Origin: Phallusia mammillata | Lineage: Eukaryota | NCBI GenBank assembly: GCA_965637545.1 | Contig: OZ281496.1 | Coordinates: 22,196,001 to 22,260,000, forward strand | DNA length: 64,000 bases | Reading direction: 5' to 3' | Part shown: piece by piece, positions 37,796 through 49,800 of the stretch | Layout of the letters: every line of letters starts with the position of its first letter | Numbering within the stretch: the first letter of the stretch is position 1 | Position numbers and translations under genes: made by a program | The notes under the pieces: model-generated | Told to the model about the DNA's origin: nothing | Databases searched by the model: none | The model's input: only the letters and a program-made list of their open reading frames with translations

Positions 37796-39530
37796 ATGTC
37801 ATTTAAACGAGAGGGAAATGATCCAGCCCTGTTGCACTTGTTAAAGGTACAAAATAGAGTAAATAACAATGTGTTTTCATTTAAGTAAATCAAAAAGGTC
37901 TTGATTCCTTTGGTTTCTGTTAGAAACGAAGAGTTGAAGAGCTATCCTCTATTGACATTCCAATAGATGAAGCGAAAAAGCTGAGAGATGGAAGGTTTAC
38001 ATGTTTGGTTTGTGGATCTCAACACATTTTTGATAAAATATCAATTCTTCAAAATCACAGAAACTCGACAAAACACACTAAAAGTAAGAACTTAACCTAA
38101 AGTTCAATTGATCAGTAGAACAAAGGTCAAAATTGAAATGTATTGTGTGTGTTTGTAGATTTAAAGTATTTTCAAAGGAGGAAAGTGGAAATGTTGCAGC
38201 AGATTGAATCAAGACTGGCAGATAATGTATTTTATCTTTGTGTGCTGAGGAACTGTGTAGTAACTTTCAGTAATTGCGAATTTGTTTAGGATAAACACAA
38301 GTCTGACCTTTTGGGAAAAAGAGCATGTCTTCTGGGAAACAACACACAGACAATATGCAATAGAAAGCACTACAAGTCAAATCCTAAGAAGTACCAACCC
38401 AAACCCAAGCTGCAATTGATGACCAAGGCAAAATCCAAAGAGTGTGATGAATCAATTAAACACAGAGAACACCCCAAAAGTAAACAACTTCTTTCAGGAA
38501 TGATTACAGTAATACAGTAATAATTGCATTTCTAGATGATCACCCAATACCCAATCCACAAAATCAGAAAACTTGCCTGGACAGGGTTGCCAAAACTATG
38601 CCATTTAACAATGCAGAGGTATGGTATAATCACAAATATCATGAAAATGTATTTATTATCTTCTCTTGTGACTCTAGGAATATAAATCACGACAAAACAT
38701 GACTGCTGAGGAAAAAGCTGAACTGACACGAAAGGAAATTGAAAAAAGAAGGTAAGTGTTGCTAATAAGATATTCATTTTACCAGGTAGCATATTGCTAG
38801 AGCTTTGAACTGTTTTTGAAGTAGACAACTATCTATCAAAAAATCAGTGGTTCACAAAAAGTCTGAACTAGGAGCAGGGTTGCAAACTTGCAATACTGTC
38901 CTTATTTCTAAGATTTGTCCTTATTTTTAAGAAATGTCCTTGTTTTTGAGTGGGTCATACTTTTAACAATTACAAGTCAAAAAAAGTATTGTTCCTGGGA
39001 CAGATTGTTTCTGGTAAAAAATATGCCATGTTAGCCATGGCTCATATGAATGCAAACCTCCATTTTGTTTTGTACAAAAATCTTATATTTCAGTTGTCCT
39101 TATTTTACGGTCCATGCTGATGGCAACCCTGCCTATGAGACAGCCAATTGGCTTGGAGATAACAAAAAATTGAATTAGCATTATTTAGTCCTTTGCTTTC
39201 GTGAATAATTTTTCATGTTAATACTAATGGTGCATCCCGTAAATTTGGTTATTGTACGGGTGTATCCTGGCCTGGGGTAAAAGTTTGAGAAAAACTGTTC
39301 TACATAGTTGTTAAATTAAAATGTTTTCTTTGGTTTCGTCATAATACCAGGTGCAGTATGCCAAAAAAGTTGTTTCTATAATTAGAATGTCCTTTTAGAT
39401 TAAAATAAATCAGATTTTTTTAAATTCTTCATTACCATTTAGTCAAGGCTGGGTTCGAAACAGAGCTGGAGAATGGGAAAAAGATCCAAATGTTGAATTT
39501 GATTCTGATGAAGATGAATTGCCCACTTGA
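37796..39530 (+). CDS. SCNM1: Sodium channel modifier 1 (minor spliceosome zinc-finger protein), ~237 aa
   Basis: Exons 37796-37846, 37924-38083, 38159-38226, 38290-38479, 38536-38618, 38678-38751, 39443-39530 (714 nt). N-terminus MSFKREGND...LLKKRRV, zinc finger RDGRFTCLVC...NHRNSTKH, C-terminus GWVRNRAGEWEKDPNVEFDSDEDE. Confidence 0.93.
38875..39131. mobile_element. hAT-type MITE (CAGGGTTGCC TIR) in SCNM1 last intron
   Basis: Ends cagggttgca / tggcaaccctg; TSD actaggag/cctatgag (6/8); internal gtccttattt repeats. Confidence 0.75.
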
Positions 39531-40295
39531 AAACGAAGATTTGGTGTCATAGAACAGTCCTAGATATTCAAGAAGAAAAAGGGTGGGGACATGCAGAATT
39601 GTCAAAACTAAACAGCCATGTTGTAAAACGTTATCCTTCAAGGTGTGCCAAACAGTGATGGGGTAATGGTACAAATCCTCTCCAAGAACTTTAAACATGT
39701 TGCCCGACTGTAAGCAATCGCTTTATGTGTTGTTTGAAGTGTTTTTTTGTTATACGTTTTATTACGAGTCCGTTACATACATTTACGTGAAATAAAGCTG
39801 ACTTTAAATATCTTTTGGGGTGGAGCCATGTTTCTTAAGATTCTTTCTCCGACACACAAGTTGCCGAGTCGGGAATAGAACCCACAATCTTGTGAACACA
39901 TACGGATTGCTCAGACACAGGGGTCAGCAACGCCTGGCGGTTATTTTCCATGGCATGTCAAACGATTTGCGCGTTCATATTTAAGTACTTTTTCGCCAAA
40001 TTAAAACTATTAATTGGCCTGTTGTTGGTTCTTTACGTAATCGTTTTAAAAACTCAACCAAAGCTACACAAAAGATTTGGGCTGCTTTCTGATTGCCATT
40101 TACAACTATTACGAACAAAAATGTTGTCACCTGTTCCAGTATTAAAATGACAAGAGAATTGGCACGTGTTACGAGTTAAAAATTGTTGTGGACCTCCGCC
40201 CTAACTATTCGGGCATCCCGACGGCAATTCCGTTTCACTTGTCAAAAAAGGAGTGCTTATTGCAGATTCGAATGCTTTAATTTGCGTTGGTTATA

Positions 40296-40420
40296 GCAAC
40301 ATCTTTGGAACGCTGAACGTAGGCCACGCGTAGGTGTAGGTGTATGTCCGGCACGCAAACGATATCATATGTTGACTTACTGTAAAAGGAAGAGCCTACT
40401 ATATGTGCACTATTGTAAGT
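40296..40420 (+). promoter_or_regulatory. Conserved promoter / non-coding first exon block of the EGF paralogues
   Basis: gcaacatctttggaacgctgaacgtaggccacgcgtaggtgta.gtgtatgtccggcacgcaaacgata nearly invariant in all three units, ending in a gtaagt donor (40415, 46592, 52423); conserved tttgtatag acceptor ~35 nt before each ATG. Confidence 0.55.
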
Positions 40421-40711
40421 GTTTGTTTTGCAATCTCTTGCAATAAGGTCCAAACCTAATAAAAGTGAATCGAATGTTGAACATTCACAAAATGTTTAGG
40501 CTAGCCTACAGGATGGAAAGGAAAATATTCTTAGGCTTTCACTTATGGGGGCGCGAATTTTTAAAACTGTTAGTTCAGTTAATAAACAAAGTCGACATGA
40601 TAGTGTTATGACAGCTACCAGGCTATCTCATCACATGTTATCTGCTGTGTTTGCTGAACGTGCTTTATTTTGTATAGTTTGTAGGTGCTATGGTAAGCTA
40701 TTCACACTGTT

Positions 40712-43700
40712 ATGGAAGGGATAGTTGTGTTTTTGATCGTTAGCTTTGTTTCAACGCTAGCCATGTCTGATGAACCAGGTATAAAATTGAATTGAAATAC
40801 AGCGTTTTAAACTTGTCCGTTTAACATAAAAATATACAATTCGGTATTGACACCCAAACTACAGCTACAGTCACAGGGGTGCGGGAGTTGTAGGCCTAAT
40901 AAGTTAAGTGTAGTAATTTGTGACAAAGACTTGTATCTTTGTGCGAATATATAGATGGGCCTATGCCCAGGGTTGCCATCGACATATACCCCAAAATAAG
41001 GACAACCGAAAAATTAAGTTTTCATACAAAACGAAACAAACATTTTTGAATAAATCTTTGCTTTTATACGAGCCATGACAGCTCAAGTCTCGGTTTAATT
41101 TTCATTGTAACAAGGATTGGACTTGTAGTTGTTGAAAATAAGACAAAATAAGGACTCAAGTCAAAAACAAGGACATTTCTTAGAAATAAGCACAATACAT
41201 TTTTCTAAGACATTGCCCTTCCAAGTAAGGACAAATCTTAGAAATAAGGACTTTCATGTGTTTATATGTGATGGTTTTGTGTTGTTGCAGTTATTATCAC
41301 GTACATAGATCATGCCACTATACCTGACGGATTTGGAGGAAATATGATCAGTACGACTGTGCGAACTTTGGCGTATCCAACAAATAGAGGAAACAACACC
41401 TATTACACGTTATTAACCGATTCAAAGAACAAAGGAAGTAGGCCAGCAGTGTATTAGCACCAAAGCTATAAGCGAACCAGAAACCCGACTGTAGCCTACC
41501 CGATTTTAGGTTAAAAAGTCTAAATTGGTAAAATTTGAAACAAAACGAGGCAGATTGTGAAGTTAGGTCTGAGTAAAGACCGTTTTTTATTCGAACTTTA
41601 GTTTAAACTCGACCCGAAAATCCGACTAACAACTCCGCAAATGTGACGCCACATTTCAGGATAATATACATAGCTGTGGTTGATTTTGCAATTAGTATCA
41701 ATGGAGAAGCATCACGTAAACTATATAGGTGAACAAATTGTCTTATAGGCTAAATTGTCTTATATCTTATTCAGTTTCAAACATTTGCGAAACTTCTCTT
41801 CACGTTTGCGATGCAAATGCACAATGTGTTTCATTGCAAAATGGAACTTCAATTTACCGTTGTTCGTGCCTAAATGGATTCAACAAAACGGCAAGCACCA
41901 GAAGTTTTCTACCTTTCTACATCAAACCACAAGGAACATACTGTCCAGGTAACTAATAAGAGGCCTATTTTTCAATGTATGGTACTTTGCAGCCAGCAGT
42001 AGTGGGATTCAATTTTGTTGTCACTCGGTTCTATCACGGCTGAATTCCACCACTGGAAGTTGCAGCTCATAATGAAACCTTTGAATAAGCTGTGCAGTTT
42101 GAAAGGTTTATTGGTTCATCTCAAAGTTATAAGCGGACACAAAGCCAAAAGTTTAACCCTAATCCTTTTTTGGAAACTAACTGAATTTGTGTCACAAATG
42201 ATGTGTTAATTCAAGCCGGAATCAAGGCCCCTTATATAGAAACTAAAACCCGAACTCTTAATGACACACAACTCTTGTTCAGCTAAATCAGTGGTTCTCT
42301 AATCCTTTGCAAAACTATTCTCCTTACAACATGCTGGATAAATTCAGTTTATTTGCTTCGGATTACGTGAGAATGTTTCAATGGTAATTTATTACGTCAC
42401 AAACAGGACTAAAACAACATTTAAATTGTGCGCGAACAATCGCTTTTTAAGTGTTTTTAGCAAAAAATATTTCTTGTTGCAGAAAACTTATTTGTCTGTC
42501 TAATTTTTACTTATATACTCGTAAGATCTGATGTTACATGAGATTGTAGAAGTACTTCAGGCTCGACCTCACGGTCCCTCCGAAATCGCGTGGCGGACCC
42601 CTGAGGGACCGCGGACCTCAGTTTGAGAACCGCTGAGCTAAATCATCTTATTACCAAACTAGTTATCAAATTACTAAAGCTGAAATATAAGTCGAAAAAA
42701 CTCAATTGCCATCATAGAAAATTTTGATAATTGGAAGGCGAAAAAATTGGGAAAACAAAAATAGGTTTTTCCTAATATCTTTCAGATATTAACGAATGCT
42801 TGGACCCTGATTCAATCTGTACCAGGGATTTAAGTTGCCAAAACACTTGCTCAAGTGAAACAAGTTGTCAAAACACCAATGGAAGTTATGTATGCAACTG
42901 CCCACATGGATTTCTATTCAACGGAACAACATGCATAGGTAACGTATATTGCCCTACCCAGCAACGCAGTATAAACGGCCGTTGTTAGCTTTATACCATT
43001 ATCGTTGTGTTTTTTAAAGAAATTTAATGGCCGCTTTAATGTGATAAGATAAAAAATACTGCGTTAGACTTTAATGACATTTTATTTCGTCGCCATGCAC
43101 CAAATTTTAAAAATTCCTAAAAAAGAAGATTGAAATTGAACACACTAAAATCAATTTTTTTCAACAATAAGTTTACATTGGGTTATGAAACATGGCTTGT
43201 CGCATTTGTGCGCATAAAATTTGAAAAATATTACCCCATAGGTGTAACACATACAATACTCAACAACTGTTAATATTACAGCTTATAATTTAGATTTAAA
43301 TGAATGTCAAAGTGAAAACAACGTTTGCCCCGAAAAGGCAAACTGTTTAAACACGATTGGAAGTTATAAGTGCATTTGCCCACCCGGGACGGAACACAAG
43401 GACTCAAGGTGTTTTGGTAGGATTATACATAACTTTTAGGTTTTCGTTCAAAATATTTTACTCAATGGCAACATTGAACCATGCAAACGGTTAAACATGG
43501 GTGACTGGTTAAAGTTTCACCAGATTAACTAACTTATTTGTAGACATAAACGAATGCTTGGACCTTGATCCAATCTGTACCAAGGATTTAAGTTGCCAAA
43601 ACATGTGCTTAAGTGAAACAAGTTGTCACAACACATATGGAAGTTATGTATGCCAATGCCCACATGGATTTTTTTTCAACGGAACAACATGCATAGGTAA

Positions 43701-45643
43701 CTTGATTTGTTCATATCAGTGCTGTTAAAGCAGTGGTTCCCAAACTTTTTCATATTTTTTTCAAAACGGTCCCTTTGCCATTATTTCGAAGGCTAGCGGT
43801 CCTTAAGCCTAAATGTGTATTTCATAAAAACGAAAGTTGATTGCAGGATTTTAGCCAGTTATGCAAAATTGCGCATAACAATCATTCAAAGACAGCATGT
43901 GACATCACAAACAGGACAAAAAACATTACGATTGTGCGCGAACAATTGCATTTTTGATAGTTGTCATTCAATAAAGGCCATTGTTTAGCAATGGAGACGA
44001 TTTTCAATTCTACTTTGATTTTAAACTTATTTAGTGGCACAAACTGACGCCAAATAAGATTTTAGAATTACTTCAACCGCTTCGCGGTCCCCCCAAAATT
44101 GCCTCACGGACCCCAGTTTGGGAACCGCTGTGTTAAAGTTCTACTGCTTTTTCATATTAAGCACCATTTTATTTCGCCTTCAAGCCCTAAATTATAAAAC
44201 TCATAAAAAGTATGTTTTACGGTGCAATTCACGAAATTTGTTGCGGACATGTAGTGTGGCGCGACACAATAAAATCATATGTTTCAGCTGTTAATATTAC
44301 AGTTTATAATTTAGATTTAAATGAATGTCAAAGTGAAAAGAACGTTTGTCCCGAAAAGGTAAACTGTTTAAACACGATTGGAAGTTACAAGTGCATGTGC
44401 CCATCTGGGACGGAACACAAGGATTCAAAGTGTTTTGGTAGGTTAAAAAATAACGTATTGAGTTTTTATTCAAACTATTTTATTCATTATTCTTTAGCCC
44501 AATTCAGTTTTGATATTAGAAATGTTGCAAATGTATAATTTTGTTAAAACTACGCCATTATGTCAAATTTTTTGTTGCAATTTAAAGTGCCATCAAATAG
44601 TAGGAAAATGCACTTAGGAAAAACAAAAAAAATATTGTCTCGTAACACTTTTGTGAACAAAACTCGTGTTTTTAATGTTTAAAATTAGGTTTTGACGCTG
44701 CTCGACTTTAAATTAAAGTCTACGCCAGTGGTTCTCAACTCGTTTCAGGCCATGGACCGCCATTCCAATTAAATAAGTATCGTGGACCAGACCCATGTCA
44801 AATTAGGATAAAAAAGCATCCACAACAAGCGTATTCGCTTGAAATATATTATTTGAATACATAATTTAATTTTATGGAGATATAACACGTAACAACAAAA
44901 GGCCAATAACTCGCATAAGCAATTAATTATACGCAACTAGCCTTTTTTAAATTTAACCCAAAATACAATTAGCGTCCTGTGGACCACCCAAAAAGTCATC
45001 TGGACGGTCAATGGACCGCCAGTTAAGAACCACTGGTCTACGTAATGTTTTGTATGATTAGATATTAATGAATGTTCGGGAAACCACGTATGTCCTAATA
45101 CCTCGTGGTGTATCAACTCATACGGAAGTTACTTCTGTGAATGTAAAAGAGGATACACTGGAGATGGTAACACTTGTACAGGTAATTTAAAAAAGTGCAT
45201 TTTACCGGTATTAAGAATGGGTTTGGAAAAAATGAACATAGTCTATCTCTTTTTTGGAGGCCAACGCCTAAAATACGTTACGCCTGCCCCGTTGTCGTTG
45301 GATAATTTGACATTAGATATTGACGGTTTTAAGGAAGCTGATAACTTTACCTCAATTGAGCTCACTACATTCACTGGGTTAAAGCAATGTCGCAAGTTGA
45401 CTGCTTTAAGAAATGTGTTTAAGACGGGATTAGTACCAACAACCTTAAACTCACGAGTTCAAAATAAAATGTTGTGACATTTTTGGTTAAATACTGAATA
45501 GTTATGCGGTACTACCTTTTTCAGATTTTTCAGAACCAAGCCAGCTTACAAACATTAATAATGTTGTGACCATGACAACCATTGTGGTAATTGCTCTGTG
45601 CTATTGCAGCTACCTTCTGTTTGATGGAAATATTTTGTCCTAA
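40712..45643 (+). CDS. EGF-repeat membrane/GPI-type protein, paralogue 1 (~392 aa): signal peptide, Cys-free variable domain, 6 EGF, short hydrophobic tail
   Basis: Phase-1 exons 40712-40778 (MEGIVVFLIVSFVSTLAMSDEP), 41291-41437, 41775-41948, 42786-42938, 43294-43416, 43544-43696, 44315-44437, 45062-45181, 45525-45643; D(I/L)NEC...N.xGSY.C.C cbEGF motifs. Confidence 0.88.
40968..41252. mobile_element. Truncated copy of the 38875-39131 MITE family, unit 1 only
   Basis: Single end cagggttgccatc, aaataaggac repeats; absent from units 2 and 3. Confidence 0.65.
41997..42055. mobile_element. 59-bp minimal GAACCGG-family element (also 48598-48656)
   Basis: cagtagtgggattc...gaattccaccactg between duplicated ttgcagc; site empty in unit 3. 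Confidence 0.7.
42289..42635. mobile_element. hAT-type MITE (also 48890-49235)
   Basis: Ends cagtggttctc / gagaaccgctg; perfect TSD agctaaat; single agctaaat in unit 3 (~53970). Confidence 0.9.
43731..44130. mobile_element. hAT-type MITE, unit 1 only
   Basis: TIRs cagtggttcccaaact / agtttgggaaccgctg; perfect TSD tgttaaag; single tgttaaag in unit 2 (~50325). Confidence 0.92.
44726..45035. mobile_element. hAT-type MITE (also 50923-51232)
   Basis: Ends cagtggttctcaact / agttaagaaccactg; TSD gtctacgc/gtctacgt; absent from unit 3. Confidence 0.85.
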
Positions 45644-46133
45644 CCTTGCAACTGAAGCATTGTTCAATTATATTGCCAAAGAAAATTAAAAAGAAGAATA
45701 GTTGTGGGCAATTCTTTGTGAAGATTTGTAGATTAAAATTGAATATTAAATTGAAACTCTACTCTTTATTCGACCGTTATGTAAAATGTGTTTTTATCCG
45801 TTACTTTATTTGCTTCCACTATTCGATACGTAATTCAAAAAAATGTGCATTTGTTAAAAAAACACGAAGATTTTGTGTGTGTTTCTTTACAGATATAAAT
45901 CATTGACAGAAAAATAGAAAAAAATGACACATGTTTTCCACGTCGTAAAAGCAGCAAAATTATAACAGGGATGTATAAATATACAGTGTTCCCCTTTTTG
46001 TTTGTTTTTGTACAAAACATAATATGATTGAAAACTTTGCACGATAAAAATATACATACTGAAAATTTGAAACACAATAAACATAGACGCAGGTTTTTGA
46101 TGTCGTACCTTAGAAAAAATACGTTTTTCGCAG

Positions 46134-46187
46134 CTAATACTTTTGGTGCTTCATAATTGGTACCACGCATGTACAGTTGACTGTACA
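46134..46187 (-). pseudogene. Fragment of IL-17 terminal exon captured at the duplication junction
   Basis: Reads VNCTCVVPIMKHQKY*, versus VGCTCVIPILKHQK* at 56189-56233; flanking 3' UTR is also homologous. Confidence 0.85.
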
Positions 46188-46878
46188 GCAAACGATCAAT
46201 TGGCCTGTTGTTAGTTCTCTACGTAATCGTTTTAAAAACTCAACCAAAGCTCTACAAAAGATTGGGTTGCTCTCTGATTGCCATTTACAACTATTACGCA
46301 CAAAAATGTTTGCACTCATTCCAATTTTGACGTAACAAAAGAATTGGAACGCGGCGTGAAAAAAGGTTGCGGACCCCCGCCCTAACTATTATGGCATCTC
46401 GATGGCAATTCCGTTTCACTTGTGAAAAAGGAGTGCTGTTTGCAGATTTGAATGCTTTAATTACCATTGGTTATAGCAACATCTTTGGAACGCTGAACGT
46501 AGGCCACGCGTAGGTGTATGTGTATGTCCGGCACGCAAACGATACCATATGTTGAATTACTGTAAAAGGAAGAGCCTATATGTGCACTATTGTAAGTGTT
46601 TGTTTGGCAATCTCTTTCAAAAAGGTCCAAACCTATTAAGAAGCGAATCGATTTTTGAACATTTACAGAATGTTCAGGCCACAGGATGGAAAGGAAAATA
46701 TATTTAGGCTTTTAGTTGCGAATTTTTAAAACTGTTAGTTCAGTTAATAAACAAAGTCGACATGATAGTGTTATGGCAGCTGAATACCAGGTTATCTCAT
46801 CACATCTTAACTGCTCTGTTTGCTAAACGTGTTTTGTTTTGTATAGTTCGGAGGTGCTAGTAGGCTATTCACACTGTT

Positions 46879-49800
46879 ATGGCAGGGATAGTTGTGTTTT
46901 TGATCATTAGCTTTGTTTCAACGCTGGCCACGTCTGATGAACCAGGTATAAAATTGAATTGAAATACAGCGTTTTAAACTGGTTTCGTTTAATTTAACAT
47001 AAAAATATGCGATTGGGTATTGACAACCAAACTATAGCCTATAGCAGGGATGGCGAACCTTTTTAGTTGAATGGGTCAACCATGATATCAAAATTCGGAC
47101 AGAAAACAAAGTGGGTCACATATTTTATTACATGTCAATGTCAATGCTAAAATGCGTGTTGCTGCATTTTTTCTGAAAGTCTTGTAATCTTAGGTAGTTT
47201 TCAGCTTAATAAACGCTGCAGTCATATCTGAGCTGAGACGATTCTTGTCACTTGATTTTATGAAATTCTTGTGTGAAAACAAAGATTCGCATGAATATGT
47301 TGAACCGAACAGCGTCAACAAAGTTACAACAAATCGTTTCAAGTTGTACGTTTAAATAAACATATTTGTTGCCTCACAATTGACTAAACAATCTGAATTT
47401 TAAGACAATAGGCAATCTGACAAAGGGCTTGAAGCTAACTGTTGTGTTGCTTTTTAATCTTGGAAGTCTGGTAACCCTACCACTAGTAATCAGTATACAA
47501 TTTTGAAACTACAAGTGGGTCACTGAAATTCACGTGGTGGGTCACATTGTGACCCGCGGGTCAGTGGTTCGCCATCCCTGGCCTATAGCTACAGTCACAG
47601 GGGTGCGGGAGCTGTAAGTTAAGTGTAGTAATTTGTGGCAAAGACTTGTAATCTTTGTGTGAATATGTAGATAGGCCTATACCTTATCGCAATTTCGATA
47701 CTATTTAGTCCTCTTGATTAATGTCACTTCACATTTGTATTTTTTTAAACTATATTAAACATGAGGTAAATGGATCGCAACATTAGCTGTGAGGTGGGCG
47801 TGCAAGCAAAAAATGATAAAGTAAACTGGACTGTAGCCCAAAACGATTTTAAAATCTGAACTTATCTCCTTTTATGTATAATAAAAAAAAATGTGTTGTT
47901 GCAGTTATTATTACACTCGAAAGACAAACCACTATACTGGCCGGAGATGGAGGAAGATTTTTAACCAAGTTGGAAACTTTTGCGTATTCAACATTGAAAA
48001 GTGGAAACAACAGCTATTACACGCTATTGAACGATCCAAACAACGAAGGAAGTAAGCCTGTGTATTAGCATCAAAGTAACCCGGCTGTAGTACCCGATTT
48101 TAGGCTTAGAAGTCTAAATTAGCAAAATTTGAAACAAAACGAGGCGGATTGTGAAGTTAGGTCTGAGTAAAAACCGTTTTTTTTATTTCAACTCTAGTTT
48201 AAACTCGACCCGAAAAGCCGACAAACAACTCCGCAAATATGTCGCCATATTTTAGCTTTTATAGGATAATGTGAACAGCTGTAGTTTATTTTGCAACTAG
48301 TGTCAATGGAGAAGCATCACTTGAACTAGGCTAATGGTTATAGGCTAGTGGTAAACAAGTTTTCGCATTTTTCAGTTTCGAACATTTGCGAAACTTCTCT
48401 TCACGTTTGTGATGCAAATGCACAATGTGTTTCAATGCAAAATGGAACTTCAATTTACCGTTGTTCGTGCCTAAATGGATTCAACAAAACGGCAAGCACC
48501 AGAAGTTTTCTACCTTTCTACATCAAACCACAAGGAACTTACTGTCCAGGTAACTAATAAGAGGCCTATTTTTCAATGTATGGTACTTTGCAGCCAGCAG
48601 TAGTGGGATTCAATTTTGTTGTCACTCGGTTCTATCACGGCTGAATTCCACCACTGGAAGTTGCAGCTCATAATGAAACCTTTGAATAAGCTGTGCAGTT
48701 TGAAAGGTTTATTGGTTCATCTCAAAGTTATAAGCGGACACAAAGCCAAAAGTTCAACCCTAATCCTTTTTTGGAAACTAACTGAATTTGTGTCACAAAT
48801 GATGTGTTAATTCAAGCCGGAATCAAGGCCCCTTATATAGAAACTAAAACCCGAACTCTTAATGACACACAACTCTTGTTCAGCTAAATCAGTGGTTCTC
48901 TAATCCTTTGCAAAACTATTCTCCTTACAACATGCTGGATAAATTCAGTTTATTTACTTCGGATTACGTGAGAATGTTTCAATGGCAATTTATTACGTCA
49001 AACAGGACTAAAACAACATTTAAATTGTGCGCGAACAATCGCTTTTTTAGTGTTTTTAGCAAAAAAATATTTCTTGTTACAGAAAACTTATTTGTCTGTC
49101 TAATTTTTACTTATATACTCGTAAGATCTGATGTTACATGAGATTGTAGAAGTACTTCAGGCTCGACCTCACGGTCCCTCCGAAATCGCGTGGCGGACCC
49201 CTGAGGGACCGCGGACCTCAGTTTGAGAACCGCTGAGCTAAATCATCTTATTACCAAACTAGTTATCAAATTACTAAAGCTGAAATATAAGTCGAAAAAA
49301 CTCAATTGCCATCATAGAAAATTTTGATAACTGGAAGGCGAAAAAATTGGGAAAACAAAAATAGGTTTTTCCTAATATCTTTCAGATATTAACGAATGCT
49401 TGGACCCTGATTCAATCTGTACCAGGGATTTAAGTTGCCAAAACACTTGCTCAAGTGAAACAAGTTGTCAAAACACAAATGGAAGTTATGTATGCAACTG
49501 CCCACATGGATTTCTATTCAACGGAACAACATGCATAGGTAACGTATATTGCCCTACCCAGCAACGCAGTATAAACGGCCGTTGTTAGCTTTATACCATT
49601 ATCGTTGTGTTTTTTAAAGAAATTTAATGGCCGCTTTAATGTGATAAGATAAAAAATACTGCGTTAGACTTTAATGACATTTTATTTCGTCGCCATGCAC
49701 CAAATTTTAAAAATTCCTAAAAAAGAAGATTGAAATTGAACATACTAAAATCAATTTTTTTCAACAATAAGTTTACATTGGGTTATGAAACATGGCTTGT

